A stretch of DNA of 64,000 nucleotides, taken from NCBI GenBank assembly GCA_963752045.1, contig CAVVWN010000002.1:31498-95497 (forward strand), in the 5' to 3' direction. Positions 37,458 to 48,174 of this stretch are shown piece by piece. The position numbers were made by a program, and so were the translations under genes. Within the stretch, counting starts at the first letter, position 1. Each line of letters begins with the position of its first letter. Under the pieces are notes generated by a model that was not told the origin of the DNA, made no database searches, and was given only the letters and a program-made list of their open reading frames with translations. The DNA is from an uncultured Acidobacteriota bacterium (GTDB lineage: Bacteria > Acidobacteriota > Vicinamibacteria > Vicinamibacterales > SCN-69-37).

Positions 37458-39179
37458 ATGAGCGTGCCGCGGCCTCCGGCAGTCGGCCGCCACTACGCCG
37501 TGAGTTCGATGAAGCCGCTCGCGACCGACGCGGCGCGCGGCGTCCTCGACGCGGGCGGCAACGCCTTCGACGCGGCCGTGGCCGGCCAGGCCGTCCTCGC
37601 GCTCGTCGACCCCGGCATGAACGGCTTCGGCGCCGACGCCGAAGTGCTCGTCTACGACGCGCGCCGAAACGCAGTCGTCTCGATCAACGGCACCGCTCCG
37701 GCCGCGCGCCTGGCGACAATCGACTACTTCAGGGCGCATAGCGGCGGCCGCATGCCGACCGACGATGGCCTGCTCGTGGCGACGGTGCCAACCGTCGTCG
37801 ACGTCTGGTGCCTGCTGCTCGAGCGCTGGGGCACCCGGACGCTCGGCGAGCTCCTCGAACCCGCCATCGGCATTGCCGAGCGTGGATTCGCCCTCACGCG
37901 GGCCGTAGCGGATGCGGTCGCCGCCGCCGACAAGCTCTCCCGCTCGCCCACGAGCGCGCGTCTCTACCGGACCCGCGAGTGGCACGCCGGCGACGTCTTC
38001 CGGAATCCCGACGCCGGCCGGTTCCTCGGTCGTCTCATCGAAGCCGAGTCGCGGGCGAGCGTCGATGGCCGCGTCGCCGGGCTCCGCGCCGCGCGCGACC
38101 TCTTCTACAAGGGCGACATCGCGCGCGAGATGGCCGGGTTCTGCGAGAGCCAGGGCGGCCTGCTCCGTTACGAGGACTTCGCCACCTACGAGGTCATCGT
38201 GGAGGCCCCCGTCTCGGCGAGCTACCGGGGACATGACGTGTTCAAGAACGCGAGCGCGACGCAGGGGCCGGCCGAACTGCTGGCGCTCACCATCCTCGAG
38301 GGCTTCGATCTCGCTGCGATGGGGCACGGCTCCGCAGACCACATCCACGTGATGGCCGAAGCCGTGAAACTGGCGATGGCCGACCGCGAGCGGTTCATGG
38401 GCGACGCCGCGTTCCTCGAGATTCCATTCGAGGGCCTGCTCTCGAAGGACTACGCGGCGGCGAGGCGCACGCTCATCGACCTGTCGCGCGCCTCGATGGC
38501 GCTTCGCCCCGGCGACCCGTCGCCCTGGATGCGCGGCGACCGGTCGTACGCCTATCCGTGGTGCGCATCTCTCGAGGACGGCGCGGACCACGACGGCGAC
38601 ACGAGCTACCTGGCCGTCGTCGATCGCGACCGCAACATGGTGAGCTTCGAGCCAAGCCTGCACAGCCAGTTCGGCACGGGTGTCGTCATGGGCGACCTCG
38701 GCATCATCCTGAATTGCCGCGGCGACTACTTCCGGCTGCAGCCCGGCTTTGCCAACTCCCTCGAGCCGGGCAAGCGGCCGCGATCGACGCTGCAGAGCAC
38801 GCTCGTCATGAAAGACGGCCGCCCCTTCATGATCACCGGCAGCCCCGGCGGCGACGACCAGGTGCTTCGCACCCTCCAGACGCTCGTCAACGTCGTCGAC
38901 TTCGGGATGGACGTGCAGCAGGCCATCGAGGCGCCGCGCTGGTCGACGAAGGCCTTCCCTGCCTCGCCCTTTCCCCAGACGATGGTCCCGGGACATCTGG
39001 CTGTCGAGTCGCGCGTGGACGAGGCGACGCAGGTTGAGTTGCGCGCGCGCGGTCACCGGCTCGAGGTCGTCGATCCGTGGTCGCTCGGGTCGAATGCCGC
39101 TATCATCGTGGACTTCGAAGGTGGCACCCTCTCGGCCGGCGCCGACCCGCGCGTGGAGGCGCAGGCGACTGCGGGGTGA
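37458..39179 (+). CDS. ggt: Gamma-glutamyltransferase family protein
   Basis: GGNAFDAAVA; DTSYLAVVD (Thr nucleophile); LEPGKRPRSTL; GSPGGD; GADPR. Confidence 0.9.
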   Translation: MSVPRPPAVGRHYAVSSMKPLATDAARGVLDAGGNAFDAAVAGQAVLALVDPGMNGFGADAEVLVYDARRNAVVSINGTAPAARLATIDYFRAHSGGRMPTDDGLLVATVPTVVDVWCLLLERWGTRTLGELLEPAIGIAERGFALTRAVADAVAAADKLSRSPTSARLYRTREWHAGDVFRNPDAGRFLGRLIEAESRASVDGRVAGLRAARDLFYKGDIAREMAGFCESQGGLLRYEDFATYEVIVEAPVSASYRGHDVFKNASATQGPAELLALTILEGFDLAAMGHGSADHIHVMAEAVKLAMADRERFMGDAAFLEIPFEGLLSKDYAAARRTLIDLSRASMALRPGDPSPWMRGDRSYAYPWCASLEDGADHDGDTSYLAVVDRDRNMVSFEPSLHSQFGTGVVMGDLGIILNCRGDYFRLQPGFANSLEPGKRPRSTLQSTLVMKDGRPFMITGSPGGDDQVLRTLQTLVNVVDFGMDVQQAIEAPRWSTKAFPASPFPQTMVPGHLAVESRVDEATQVELRARGHRLEVVDPWSLGSNAAIIVDFEGGTLSAGADPRVEAQATAG

Positions 39180-39251
39180 GGGACGCGAATCTTTGGTCGC
39201 AGAACGCAGGTCGTTGAATGGTGGAGGTGGTCAGTGACGGTTCGAGGAAGA

Positions 39252-40812
39252 ATGCTCGCCACCGGCGGAGTCGTGCTCCTGTTCATCCTGCTCGCAACCG
39301 CGGAGCCCTCGATGATTCGCCAGCAGCCAGCTTTTGACGTGGTCGAGGCCTCGATCGCCGACATTCACGCGGCGATGCGGGAGGGACGACTCGACGTGCC
39401 GCCAGCTCGTCGAAGCGTACCTCCGGCGCATCGACGCGTACGACAAGCAGGGCCCGGCCCTCAACGCCCTCGTCGTCGTCAATCCCGACGTCCGCGCCGA
39501 AGCGGACGAAATGGATCGCCGATACCGCGCGAACGGGCCGACGGGCTCCCTGCACTGCATTCCCGTGATCGTCAAGGACAACTTCGACACGGTGGGACTG
39601 CAGACGGCCGCCGGATCGCTGTCGATGGCCGGGTTCGTCGCCGCGAAGGACGCATTCCAGGTCAGGAAGATCAAAGAAGCTGGCGCGCTCGTGCTCGCCA
39701 AGTCGAACATGGCCGAGTTCGCCTTCTCCCCGTACGAGACGGTGAATTCGATCCTGCCGGGCTACACGAAGAACCCGTACAGGCTCGACCGCGTGACGGC
39801 CGGGTCGAGCGGCGGCACGGCCGCGGCCGTCGCCGCGAGTCTTGGCGCCGTCGGCCTCGGCACCGACACGGGCAACTCGATTCGGGGACCGTCATCGCAC
39901 CAGGCGCTCGCCGGCATCCGCTCGACGATGGGGCTCACGAGCCGGGCCGGCGTGGTCCCGCTGAACCTGCGCGCCGACATCGCCGGGCCCATGGCGCGCA
40001 CGCTCGCCGATGCGGTCGCCGTCTTTCAGGTCATCGTCGGGGAAGATCCGGATGACGCCGTCACCGCCCGCGGTCGGGGACGAACCATCCCCGACTACTC
40101 GGCCGCGCTCGCGCCGGGCGGCCTCGGTGGCGCGCGCATCGGCGTGCTGCGACAGGCCTACGAGCGCGGCGGCGTCGACGACGACATCGCCGCGGTCTTC
40201 GCACGCGCGGTGGCGGATATTCGCGCGGCCGGCGCCGACATCGTGGACCCGGCCGACGTGGACCTGTCGGGCGTGACACGGGCGCGAGGACTCGGCGCCT
40301 GCATGGGTTTCAAGTACGACATCAACGAGTACCTCGCCGCGCGCGCCGACCGCGTGCCCGTCAAGACGCTCGAAGAGATCATCGCGTCGAGGAAGTTCCA
40401 CCCGTCGATACAACAGCGGCTCCAGTCGGCCCAGCAGGGCGACCCGCAGGGCCCGGAGAGCGAGGCCTGCAGGGCCGACGACGCGTATCGCGCCGCCTAC
40501 GGCGAGGCCGTCACCCGCGCGATGGATGCGCTCCGGCTCGACGCGTTCGTCTATCCCACCTGGAGCTATCCGCCGCGCCTCATCGGCGACCTGAACACGC
40601 CCCATGGCGACAACAGCCAGGTGTTCTCGCCCACGTCGGGCTTCCCCGCCATCAACGTGCCAATGGGCTACACGCGTGACGATACGCTGCCGGCCGGCAT
40701 CACTTTCTTCGGCCGTGCCTGGGACGAGGCGCGCCTGATTCATCTGGCATACGGGTACGAACAGGCGACGCGGCATCGGCGCCCGCCGCCCACCACGCCG
40801 CGGCTGCAGTAG
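39252..40812 (+). CDS. Secreted amidase; +1 frameshift near 39393
   Basis: FDVVEASIADIHAAM then TCRQLVEAYLRRI..IVKDN..GSSGG..GTDTGNSIRGP. Confidence 0.88.
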
Positions 40813-40813
40813 C

Positions 40814-41821
40814 GTGCGCCTGTTCCTGCTCGTCGCCGCGACGCTCATCGGGTTCGCCTCCAACTCGCTCCTCACCCGGGGCGCGCTCGGGAGCGGCCTG
40901 CTCGATCCGGCAACGTTCACGCTCGTCCGCCTGGTGACCGGCGCGCTGACGCTTGCGCTGCTCGTCCGGCTGCGCGGGCGCCGGGCAGGCGGCGACGAGT
41001 CGTGGGGTTCTGCGCTCTGGCTCGTCGGATACGCGATCACGTTCACGCTCGCCTACGTGCGCATCGGCGCCGCCGCCGGCGCGCTGCTGCTCTTCGGTGC
41101 CGTGCAGGTGACGATGATCGGGGCGGGCCTGGTCAGCGGCGAACGGCCGGCGCGCATCGACTGGGCCGGCGTGGCCCTCGCGCTCGCGGGCCTCGTGGTT
41201 CTCACGCTGCCGGGACTCACGGCCCCGGATCTCGCCGGAGCGGCGCTGATGCTCGTGGCGGGCGTGTGCTGGGGCGCCTACTCGCTGGCCGGACGCGCGG
41301 GAGCGGACCCTCTGGGGCGCACCGCCCGAAACTTCGCGCGCGCGGGCCTCCTGGCAGTCCCGTTCATGCTCGTCTCGTTGGGCAGCGTGGAGGTGACGCC
41401 GACCGGACTGTGGCTGGCCGTGGCGTCCGGATCGCTCGCGTCGGGCGTGGCCTACACCCTGTGGTACATGACGCTGCCCAGCCTGGCCGCGTGGCGCGCT
41501 GCCGTCATTCAACTGATCGTGCCGGTCGTCACGGCGCTCGGCGCCGCCCTGCTCCTCGCCGAAGCGATCACGCCGAGACTCGTGGCGGCCACGGCACTGG
41601 TCGCCGCCGGCGTGTGGCTCACCGTCTGGCCGTCGCGGCACCCGCGGTCCGCGTCGGCGCACTCGGGCCCAGGCGACCGTTCCGTCCCGGCGATGATCGG
41701 CCGATCGACAATTCAGGGCCAGACTCCAGCCGATTGCGCTATCTTGTCTTTCGCGCCCGCCAGGCGCCCGACGAGGAGACCGACGCACGATGTCCGAACG
41801 CACCGCCCCATCGCTCGCTAA
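40814..41821 (+). CDS. DMT/EamA family transporter
   Basis: FASNSLL, GALLLFGAVQVTMI, WGAYSL, ASGVAYTLWY; about 10 TM helices; last ~50 codons look like a non-conserved extension. Confidence 0.85.
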   Translation: MRLFLLVAATLIGFASNSLLTRGALGSGLLDPATFTLVRLVTGALTLALLVRLRGRRAGGDESWGSALWLVGYAITFTLAYVRIGAAAGALLLFGAVQVTMIGAGLVSGERPARIDWAGVALALAGLVVLTLPGLTAPDLAGAALMLVAGVCWGAYSLAGRAGADPLGRTARNFARAGLLAVPFMLVSLGSVEVTPTGLWLAVASGSLASGVAYTLWYMTLPSLAAWRAAVIQLIVPVVTALGAALLLAEAITPRLVAATALVAAGVWLTVWPSRHPRSASAHSGPGDRSVPAMIGRSTIQGQTPADCAILSFAPARRPTRRPTHDVRTHRPIAR

Positions 41822-42080
41822 GCTCGACGAGCTCATCCCGCGCCTCGTCGCGGCCAAGGGCACCCCCGACGCCGACCGCTTGATTGAGGAAGCCCAGGCC
41901 CTCCGCCGGGCCGTCGCCGCGTTCCACATGGAGGCCATTCGCTTCCGCATGCACGCGGTGGACCGGCTGATCAGGTTGACCGGCGACGACGTGATGTCGC
42001 GCCAATTGTTCGAGGAACTGCGGACCACGCTCGAGGCGGCAGGGTTCCACACGCGGTCGCACGCGGCGCCGGGTCAGTAG
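41790..42080 (+). CDS. Small hypothetical protein (96 aa)
   Basis: GAGGAG RBS; LRRAVAAFHMEAIRFRM..LEAAGFHTRSH; typical codon usage. Confidence 0.7.
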   Translation: MSERTAPSLAKLDELIPRLVAAKGTPDADRLIEEAQALRRAVAAFHMEAIRFRMHAVDRLIRLTGDDVMSRQLFEELRTTLEAAGFHTRSHAAPGQ

Positions 42081-42081
42081 G

Positions 42082-42130
42082 GGATCTGAGATCTGGGATC
42101 TGGGATCTGGGATCTGGGATCTGGGATCTG
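42082..42130. repeat. Heptamer tandem repeat (GGATCTG)x7
   Basis: Seven units, one variant AGATCTG; degenerate units again at 42483-42515. Confidence 0.95.
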
Positions 42131-42144
42131 CTGACGAAACTGCA

Positions 42145-42407
42145 ACCGTTGAGAACGTGGAGTGCATGGAGAACCTCCGGCGACCACAAGCCGCAGCAGC
42201 GCTTGGTCGCCGTGGCCGCGAGCGGCGCTCGCGCGGCCTCCGGCCGCGGGCGTCGGGTCCGACCGGGCGCCGATGAGCCGCCGAGTGGGGTGGCCCGGCG
42301 CCGGACGGGGCGGCTCGTCGGCGCCCGGTCGGACCCGACGGTCCACGGCGACCGGTTGACCACACGGGACGGCCGGCGTACCTCCACGGGCTCCACGTCT
42401 CCACGGT
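42145..42407 (+). repeat. 263-bp structured dispersed repeat, copy 1 (MITE/REPIN-like or ncRNA)
   Basis: Highly similar to the reverse complement of 57584-57846; imperfect terminal inverted repeats; 32-bp internal stem 42251-42282/42309-42340. Confidence 0.9.
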
Positions 42408-42554
42408 CCCCCGGCCCTGCCGTCCGGTACCGCCACAGGCATGTTCGTCGTGTGTGGGCGTCGCGGCACGCGACGCGAACAACTGGGATCTGCAATCTGC
42501 AATGTGGGATCTGGGAGTGTCGGAGGGGCGGGCTTCGGTCGCCGCGTTCCAGGC

Positions 42555-43274
42555 TCACGGCTCACCGAAGAGGGTTGCGAGCACGCGGTCGGTGGGCTCG
42601 AGATTCTCGAGCTCGGGGACCGACGCGTCGGGTGAGGCCAGTCCGAGCCGATTGAACCAGACGGCGCGTATGCCGACATCACGGGCACCGGTGATGTCGG
42701 TGTGCCACGCGTCGCCCAGCATCACCGCTTCTCCCGAACCCGCGCCGCCGGCTTCGAGCGCCACTTCGAAAATGCGCCGGGCCGGCTTCGAGACGCCGAC
42801 CTCTTCCGACGTGACGAGCGCCGAGGCGTGGCGCGCCAGCCCGACGCGCTCGAGCTTGCGGCGCTGCTCGGCCACGCCGTTGTTGGTCACGATCACCACG
42901 GGCACGCCTCTGTGGCCGAGCGTGGTGACAAGCGCAATCGCGCCAGGCACGGCCTGCCAGGCTCGCTCGTAGGCCGTGCGATAGAAGGTCGCTGCCGCCT
43001 CCGCGCGGTCTCCGATACGGTCGGCTCCGGCGGCCTCGAGCAGCCGGCCGAACCGCTCCCGCCGCGCCTCGTCAATCGTGCGCCGCCCGGCGAGCACGTC
43101 CACGTGCAGCTCTTCGAGAATCCCGGCATGCCGGTGCTCCAGCTCGGCCGCCGGCCAGCGTTCGAAGGCCGGCTCCTCGCTCCGGAGCTCGGCCAACGCG
43201 GCCCGCGTGGCGTGCCGGTGGTCGAACAGGGTATCGTCGAGATCGCAAAGCACGGCTCGGATTGGGCCGGACAT
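42555..43274 (-). CDS. HAD family hydrolase
   Basis: DLDDTL motif I, VTNN, KPARRIF, LGDAWHTDI. Confidence 0.9.
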   Translation of the reverse strand: MSGPIRAVLCDLDDTLFDHRHATRAALAELRSEEPAFERWPAAELEHRHAGILEELHVDVLAGRRTIDEARRERFGRLLEAAGADRIGDRAEAAATFYRTAYERAWQAVPGAIALVTTLGHRGVPVVIVTNNGVAEQRRKLERVGLARHASALVTSEEVGVSKPARRIFEVALEAGGAGSGEAVMLGDAWHTDITGARDVGIRAVWFNRLGLASPDASVPELENLEPTDRVLATLFGEP

Positions 43275-43372
43275 ATAATCATTGTAGTTCTCGTCGCGCC
43301 TGATGCTCGGACGCCCGGTGGGGCGCGGAGCGCGAGGCACGACGCGCGTCTTTCTCATTGAAGGAGTCACGA

Positions 43373-43811
43373 ATGCCGTATCCCGAATATCTGGTTGCCC
43401 CCATGCGTCAGGAGCTCGTCGAGCTGGGTGCCCGCGAGTGCCGAACCGTTGCCGACGTCGACGCCGTGGTCACGTCGCCGGGCGTGGTGATGATGGTGGT
43501 CAACTCCGTGTGCGGCTGCGCCGCCGGAAAGGCCAGGCCGGGAATCGCCATGGCGCTCCAGCACGACAAGCGACCCGACACGGTGGCCACCGTTTTTGCC
43601 GGCGCCGACGTCGAGGCCACCGATCGGGCCCGCAGCTACTTCACCGGCTTTCGCGCCCTCGTCGCCGTCCATTGCCCTTCTCAAGGACGGCAAGCTCGTC
43701 TACATGGTGGAGCGGCGCGACATCGAGTCCAGGTCGGCCGAGTCGATCGCGGATCTGCTGACACTCGCCTTCGACAAGTACTGCGCGCCGGAGACCGCGC
43801 CGGCACACTGA
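43373..43811 (+). CDS. BrxA/BrxB family bacilliredoxin; +1 frameshift near 43651
   Basis: MPYPEYLVAPMRQEL, VNSVCGCAAGKARP, TVFAG.D; continues PSSPSIALLKDGKLVYMVERRDIE in the shifted frame. Confidence 0.88.
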
Positions 43812-43842
43812 GGCCGCCGCCGACACCGCACGTGCGACCTGA

Positions 43843-43883
43843 GGCGCCCGGGCCCTCGAGAGAGGACCCGCGGCGCCCTTTTT
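43843..43883 (+). terminator. Rho-independent terminator after bacilliredoxin
   Basis: GGCGCCCGGG..CCTC-GAGA-GAGG..CCCG.GGCGCC followed by TTTTT. Confidence 0.65.
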
Positions 43884-43918
43884 GTCACTACAATAGGCGC
43901 GTCCTAAGGAGACGGCTC

Positions 43919-46762
43919 ATGCGCAATCACGCACGACAGCTTCCCGGCCGCACGCTTTCGCTGCGGCTCGCACTCATCGCCATCGTCGGCCTCGCGAGCG
44001 CAACCCTGCCGCTCGTCGCCCAGCAGCCGGCCGAGATCGTTGGCGCCATCAGTTTCCGTGAAATCGGCCCCACCGCTCAGGGTGGCCGCTTCGTGGACTT
44101 TGCCGTCGTCGAAGCCACGCCGCGCATGTTCTACGCCGCATCGGCCTCGGGCGGGCTCTGGAAGACCGAGAATCACGGCATCACGTGGACATCGGTATTC
44201 GACGACCAGCCGGTGATCTCGATCGGCGCGGTGGCCGTCTCACAGTCCAACCCGAACGTCGTGTACGTGGGCACCGGCGAGGCGAACAACTCCCGAAGCT
44301 CGTATTCGGGCAACGGCGTGTACAAGTCCACCGATGCCGGCGCCACCTGGACCCACCTCGGGTTGCCGGGCTCGCAGCACGTTGGTCGCATTGCCGTCCA
44401 TCCGACCGATCCGAACACGGTCTACGTGGCCTCGCTCGGCCCGCTCTACTCGGACAACGACGAACGGGGCGTCTACAAGACGACCGACGGCGGACGCACA
44501 TGGGCGCGGTCACTCGCCGTCGAGGTCGGCGGCAAGCAGATCGGCGCGGTTGACCTGGCGATGGACCCCGGCAACCCGAACGTGGTCTACGCGGCCACGT
44601 ACGACAAGGTGCGTCGTCCCTGGACGTTTGCCGAAGGCGGACCGGGCAGCGGCCTGTACAAGACCACTGATGCCGGCCGAACCTGGACGAAGCTCGGCGG
44701 CGGCCTGCCCGACGGGATCCTCGGCCGCATCGGCGTGTCGATCTCCCGGCAGGACTCGAACACGGTGTACACGATCATCGAGAACGCCGGACCACTCGAC
44801 GACGCGCGGCGGCAGCGGTACGCGGACGGATTCGGCGCGCCGAGCGGCTCGCCGTCCGAGTTGTACCGTTCTGACGATGCCGGAAAGACCTGGCGCCGGG
44901 TGGCGCCGCCGGTCACGCCCCCGGTTGCGCCGGGCGCGGCGGCCGGACGCGGCGCTGGCGGGCGTGGGGCAGGTGGAGGCGGTGGCCGGGGCGGCGGGTT
45001 CGACGGCGGCAATCCCGGCTACTACTACGCGCAGGTGCGCGTCGACCCCAACGACAAGGAAACGGTGTACGTGCTGAGCGTGGGCTGGTCGCGCAGCCGG
45101 GACGGCGGCGCCACCTGGGAACGGATGTCGTTCGGCGGTGACAACCACGCGCTCTGGATCGACCCGGCCGACAGCAACCACCTGATCCTGGGACACGACC
45201 ACGGCATGGGCGTCTCGTTTGACGGCGGCGCGAACTGGTTCAGCCCCGACAACATGCCGCTCGCGCAGTTCTACGCGGTCGGCTACGACATGGACTACCC
45301 GTACAACGTCTACGGCGGCCTGCAGGACAACGGGTCGTGGAAGGGGCCGAGCACGATGCCCGGCGGCGGGTCGATTCCCTTCGAGGCGTGGACGAGGGTG
45401 GGCGGCGGCGACGGCATGTACAACGTCGTCGACTGGAAAGACAGCCGGTGGCTGTACAACGAGAGCCAGTTCGGTCCGCTGCAGCGCGTCGACCAGCTGA
45501 CCGGCGAGACGAAGAGCATCCGCTACAGCCGGCCGCAGGGCCAGCCCGAGCTTCGCTGGAACTGGAACGCGCCCATCCTGGTGTCGCCGCACGACAGCAA
45601 CGTGATCTACCACGGCGCCAACGTCCTTCTGCGGTCGAGCTTCCGAGGCGAGACCTGGGAAGAAGTCAGCCCTGACCTCACACAGAACGACCCGGCACGC
45701 CAGGGCGGCAGCGGCAACATTCAGTACGCCACGCTCACGACGATCTCCGAGTCGCCAATCGTGCGCGGCCTCATCTACGTCGGCACCGACGACGGCAACG
45801 TGCAGGTGACGCAGAACGGCGGCGGCACGTGGACCAACGTGCGCGATCGCCTCCCCGGACACCAGGGCTACTGGATCAGCCGGGTGGAGACCTCGCATCA
45901 CGATCCGGCCGTCGCCTACGTCTCGGCCACCGGCTATCGCCGCGACGACTTCCGCCCGTTCGTGTGGAAGACGTCCGACTACGGGCAGACGTGGACGTCG
46001 ATCGCCGGCAACCTGCCGAACGAGGCGATCAACGTCGTCCGGGAGGATCACAGAAACCCGTCGCTGCTCTTCGTGGGCACCGAGCCCGGCCTGTACGCGT
46101 CACTCGACGGCGGCGCGACCTGGCACGACATGCAGCGCAACATGCCCACGACGCCGGTGTACGACCTGCAGATTCACCCGCGCGAGAACGAGCTGATCGT
46201 GGCCACCCATGGCCGCGGCATCTTCATCGCGGACATCACCGCCCTGCAGGGCCTGACGACATCGACGCTTGCGGGCGAGGCCGCGCTCCTCGACGTGCAG
46301 CCGGTGGTCCAGTGGGTGCGGGGCCAGTCGAAGGCGACGGCGGCGCTCAACTTCAACGGCGAAAGCCGCCCGGCCGGAGCCGCCATTCACTACTACCTGC
46401 GGTCGGCCGCAAGCGGCGTCACGGTTCGGATCTACGACGGCGCGCGCGTGATTGCGGAGGTCGATGGCCCGGGTGCGGCCGGCGTGAACACGGTGCGCTG
46501 GAACCTGCAGGCGAGCCGGAGTCTCATGCCTGGCGAGCAGGCCGGCGGCCGCGGACGCGGCGGGCGCGGCGGCGGTGGTGGATTCGGGCGCGGCGGCGGC
46601 CGCGGCGGCGACACGGCCACCGTCTTCCCGGCCGGCGCACCGAACACCGTGCTCACCGAGGTTCAGCCGGGCACGTATCGTGTCGTGCTCAGTGCCGGGG
46701 GCCGCGAGTACGAAAAGTCGGTGACCGTGCTCGCCGACCATTGGTACGAGAACAGGAAGTAG
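43919..46762 (+). CDS. Secreted BNR/Asp-box (VPS10/sortilin-like) beta-propeller glycosyl-hydrolase-like protein
   Basis: TACAAT, AGGAG RBS, signal peptide; repeated (S/T)xDxGxTW Asp-boxes; GGLQDNG; RWNWNAP; ATHGRG. Confidence 0.9.
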   Translation: MRNHARQLPGRTLSLRLALIAIVGLASATLPLVAQQPAEIVGAISFREIGPTAQGGRFVDFAVVEATPRMFYAASASGGLWKTENHGITWTSVFDDQPVISIGAVAVSQSNPNVVYVGTGEANNSRSSYSGNGVYKSTDAGATWTHLGLPGSQHVGRIAVHPTDPNTVYVASLGPLYSDNDERGVYKTTDGGRTWARSLAVEVGGKQIGAVDLAMDPGNPNVVYAATYDKVRRPWTFAEGGPGSGLYKTTDAGRTWTKLGGGLPDGILGRIGVSISRQDSNTVYTIIENAGPLDDARRQRYADGFGAPSGSPSELYRSDDAGKTWRRVAPPVTPPVAPGAAAGRGAGGRGAGGGGGRGGGFDGGNPGYYYAQVRVDPNDKETVYVLSVGWSRSRDGGATWERMSFGGDNHALWIDPADSNHLILGHDHGMGVSFDGGANWFSPDNMPLAQFYAVGYDMDYPYNVYGGLQDNGSWKGPSTMPGGGSIPFEAWTRVGGGDGMYNVVDWKDSRWLYNESQFGPLQRVDQLTGETKSIRYSRPQGQPELRWNWNAPILVSPHDSNVIYHGANVLLRSSFRGETWEEVSPDLTQNDPARQGGSGNIQYATLTTISESPIVRGLIYVGTDDGNVQVTQNGGGTWTNVRDRLPGHQGYWISRVETSHHDPAVAYVSATGYRRDDFRPFVWKTSDYGQTWTSIAGNLPNEAINVVREDHRNPSLLFVGTEPGLYASLDGGATWHDMQRNMPTTPVYDLQIHPRENELIVATHGRGIFIADITALQGLTTSTLAGEAALLDVQPVVQWVRGQSKATAALNFNGESRPAGAAIHYYLRSAASGVTVRIYDGARVIAEVDGPGAAGVNTVRWNLQASRSLMPGEQAGGRGRGGRGGGGGFGRGGGRGGDTATVFPAGAPNTVLTEVQPGTYRVVLSAGGREYEKSVTVLADHWYENRK

Positions 46763-46792
46763 CGCCGGCCGATCCGGCGGGCGGCACGTGCG

Positions 46793-48139
<1,347 letters not shown>

Positions 48140-48174
48140 TCACTCGACATGGCGCCGGCCCGCGGTAGACGCCC

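Noticed and set aside
42082-42130. Heptamer arrays as CRISPR or as coding (SQIPDPR) repeats
   Set aside because: No spacers and no cas genes; the ORFs crossing them are shadow frames in intergenic DNA.
44930-45010. Gly/Arg-rich GRGG tracts in the BNR protein (also 46540-46610)
   Set aside because: Low-complexity linkers common in secreted proteins of this kind of organism; not a separate element.
43358-46762. 1134-aa ORF appearing to fuse bacilliredoxin to a BNR/VPS10 protein
   Set aside because: Artefact of the frameshift near 43651. The brx C-terminus ends at 43811 in another frame, followed by a terminator, a TACAAT box, an RBS and a new ATG at 43919.
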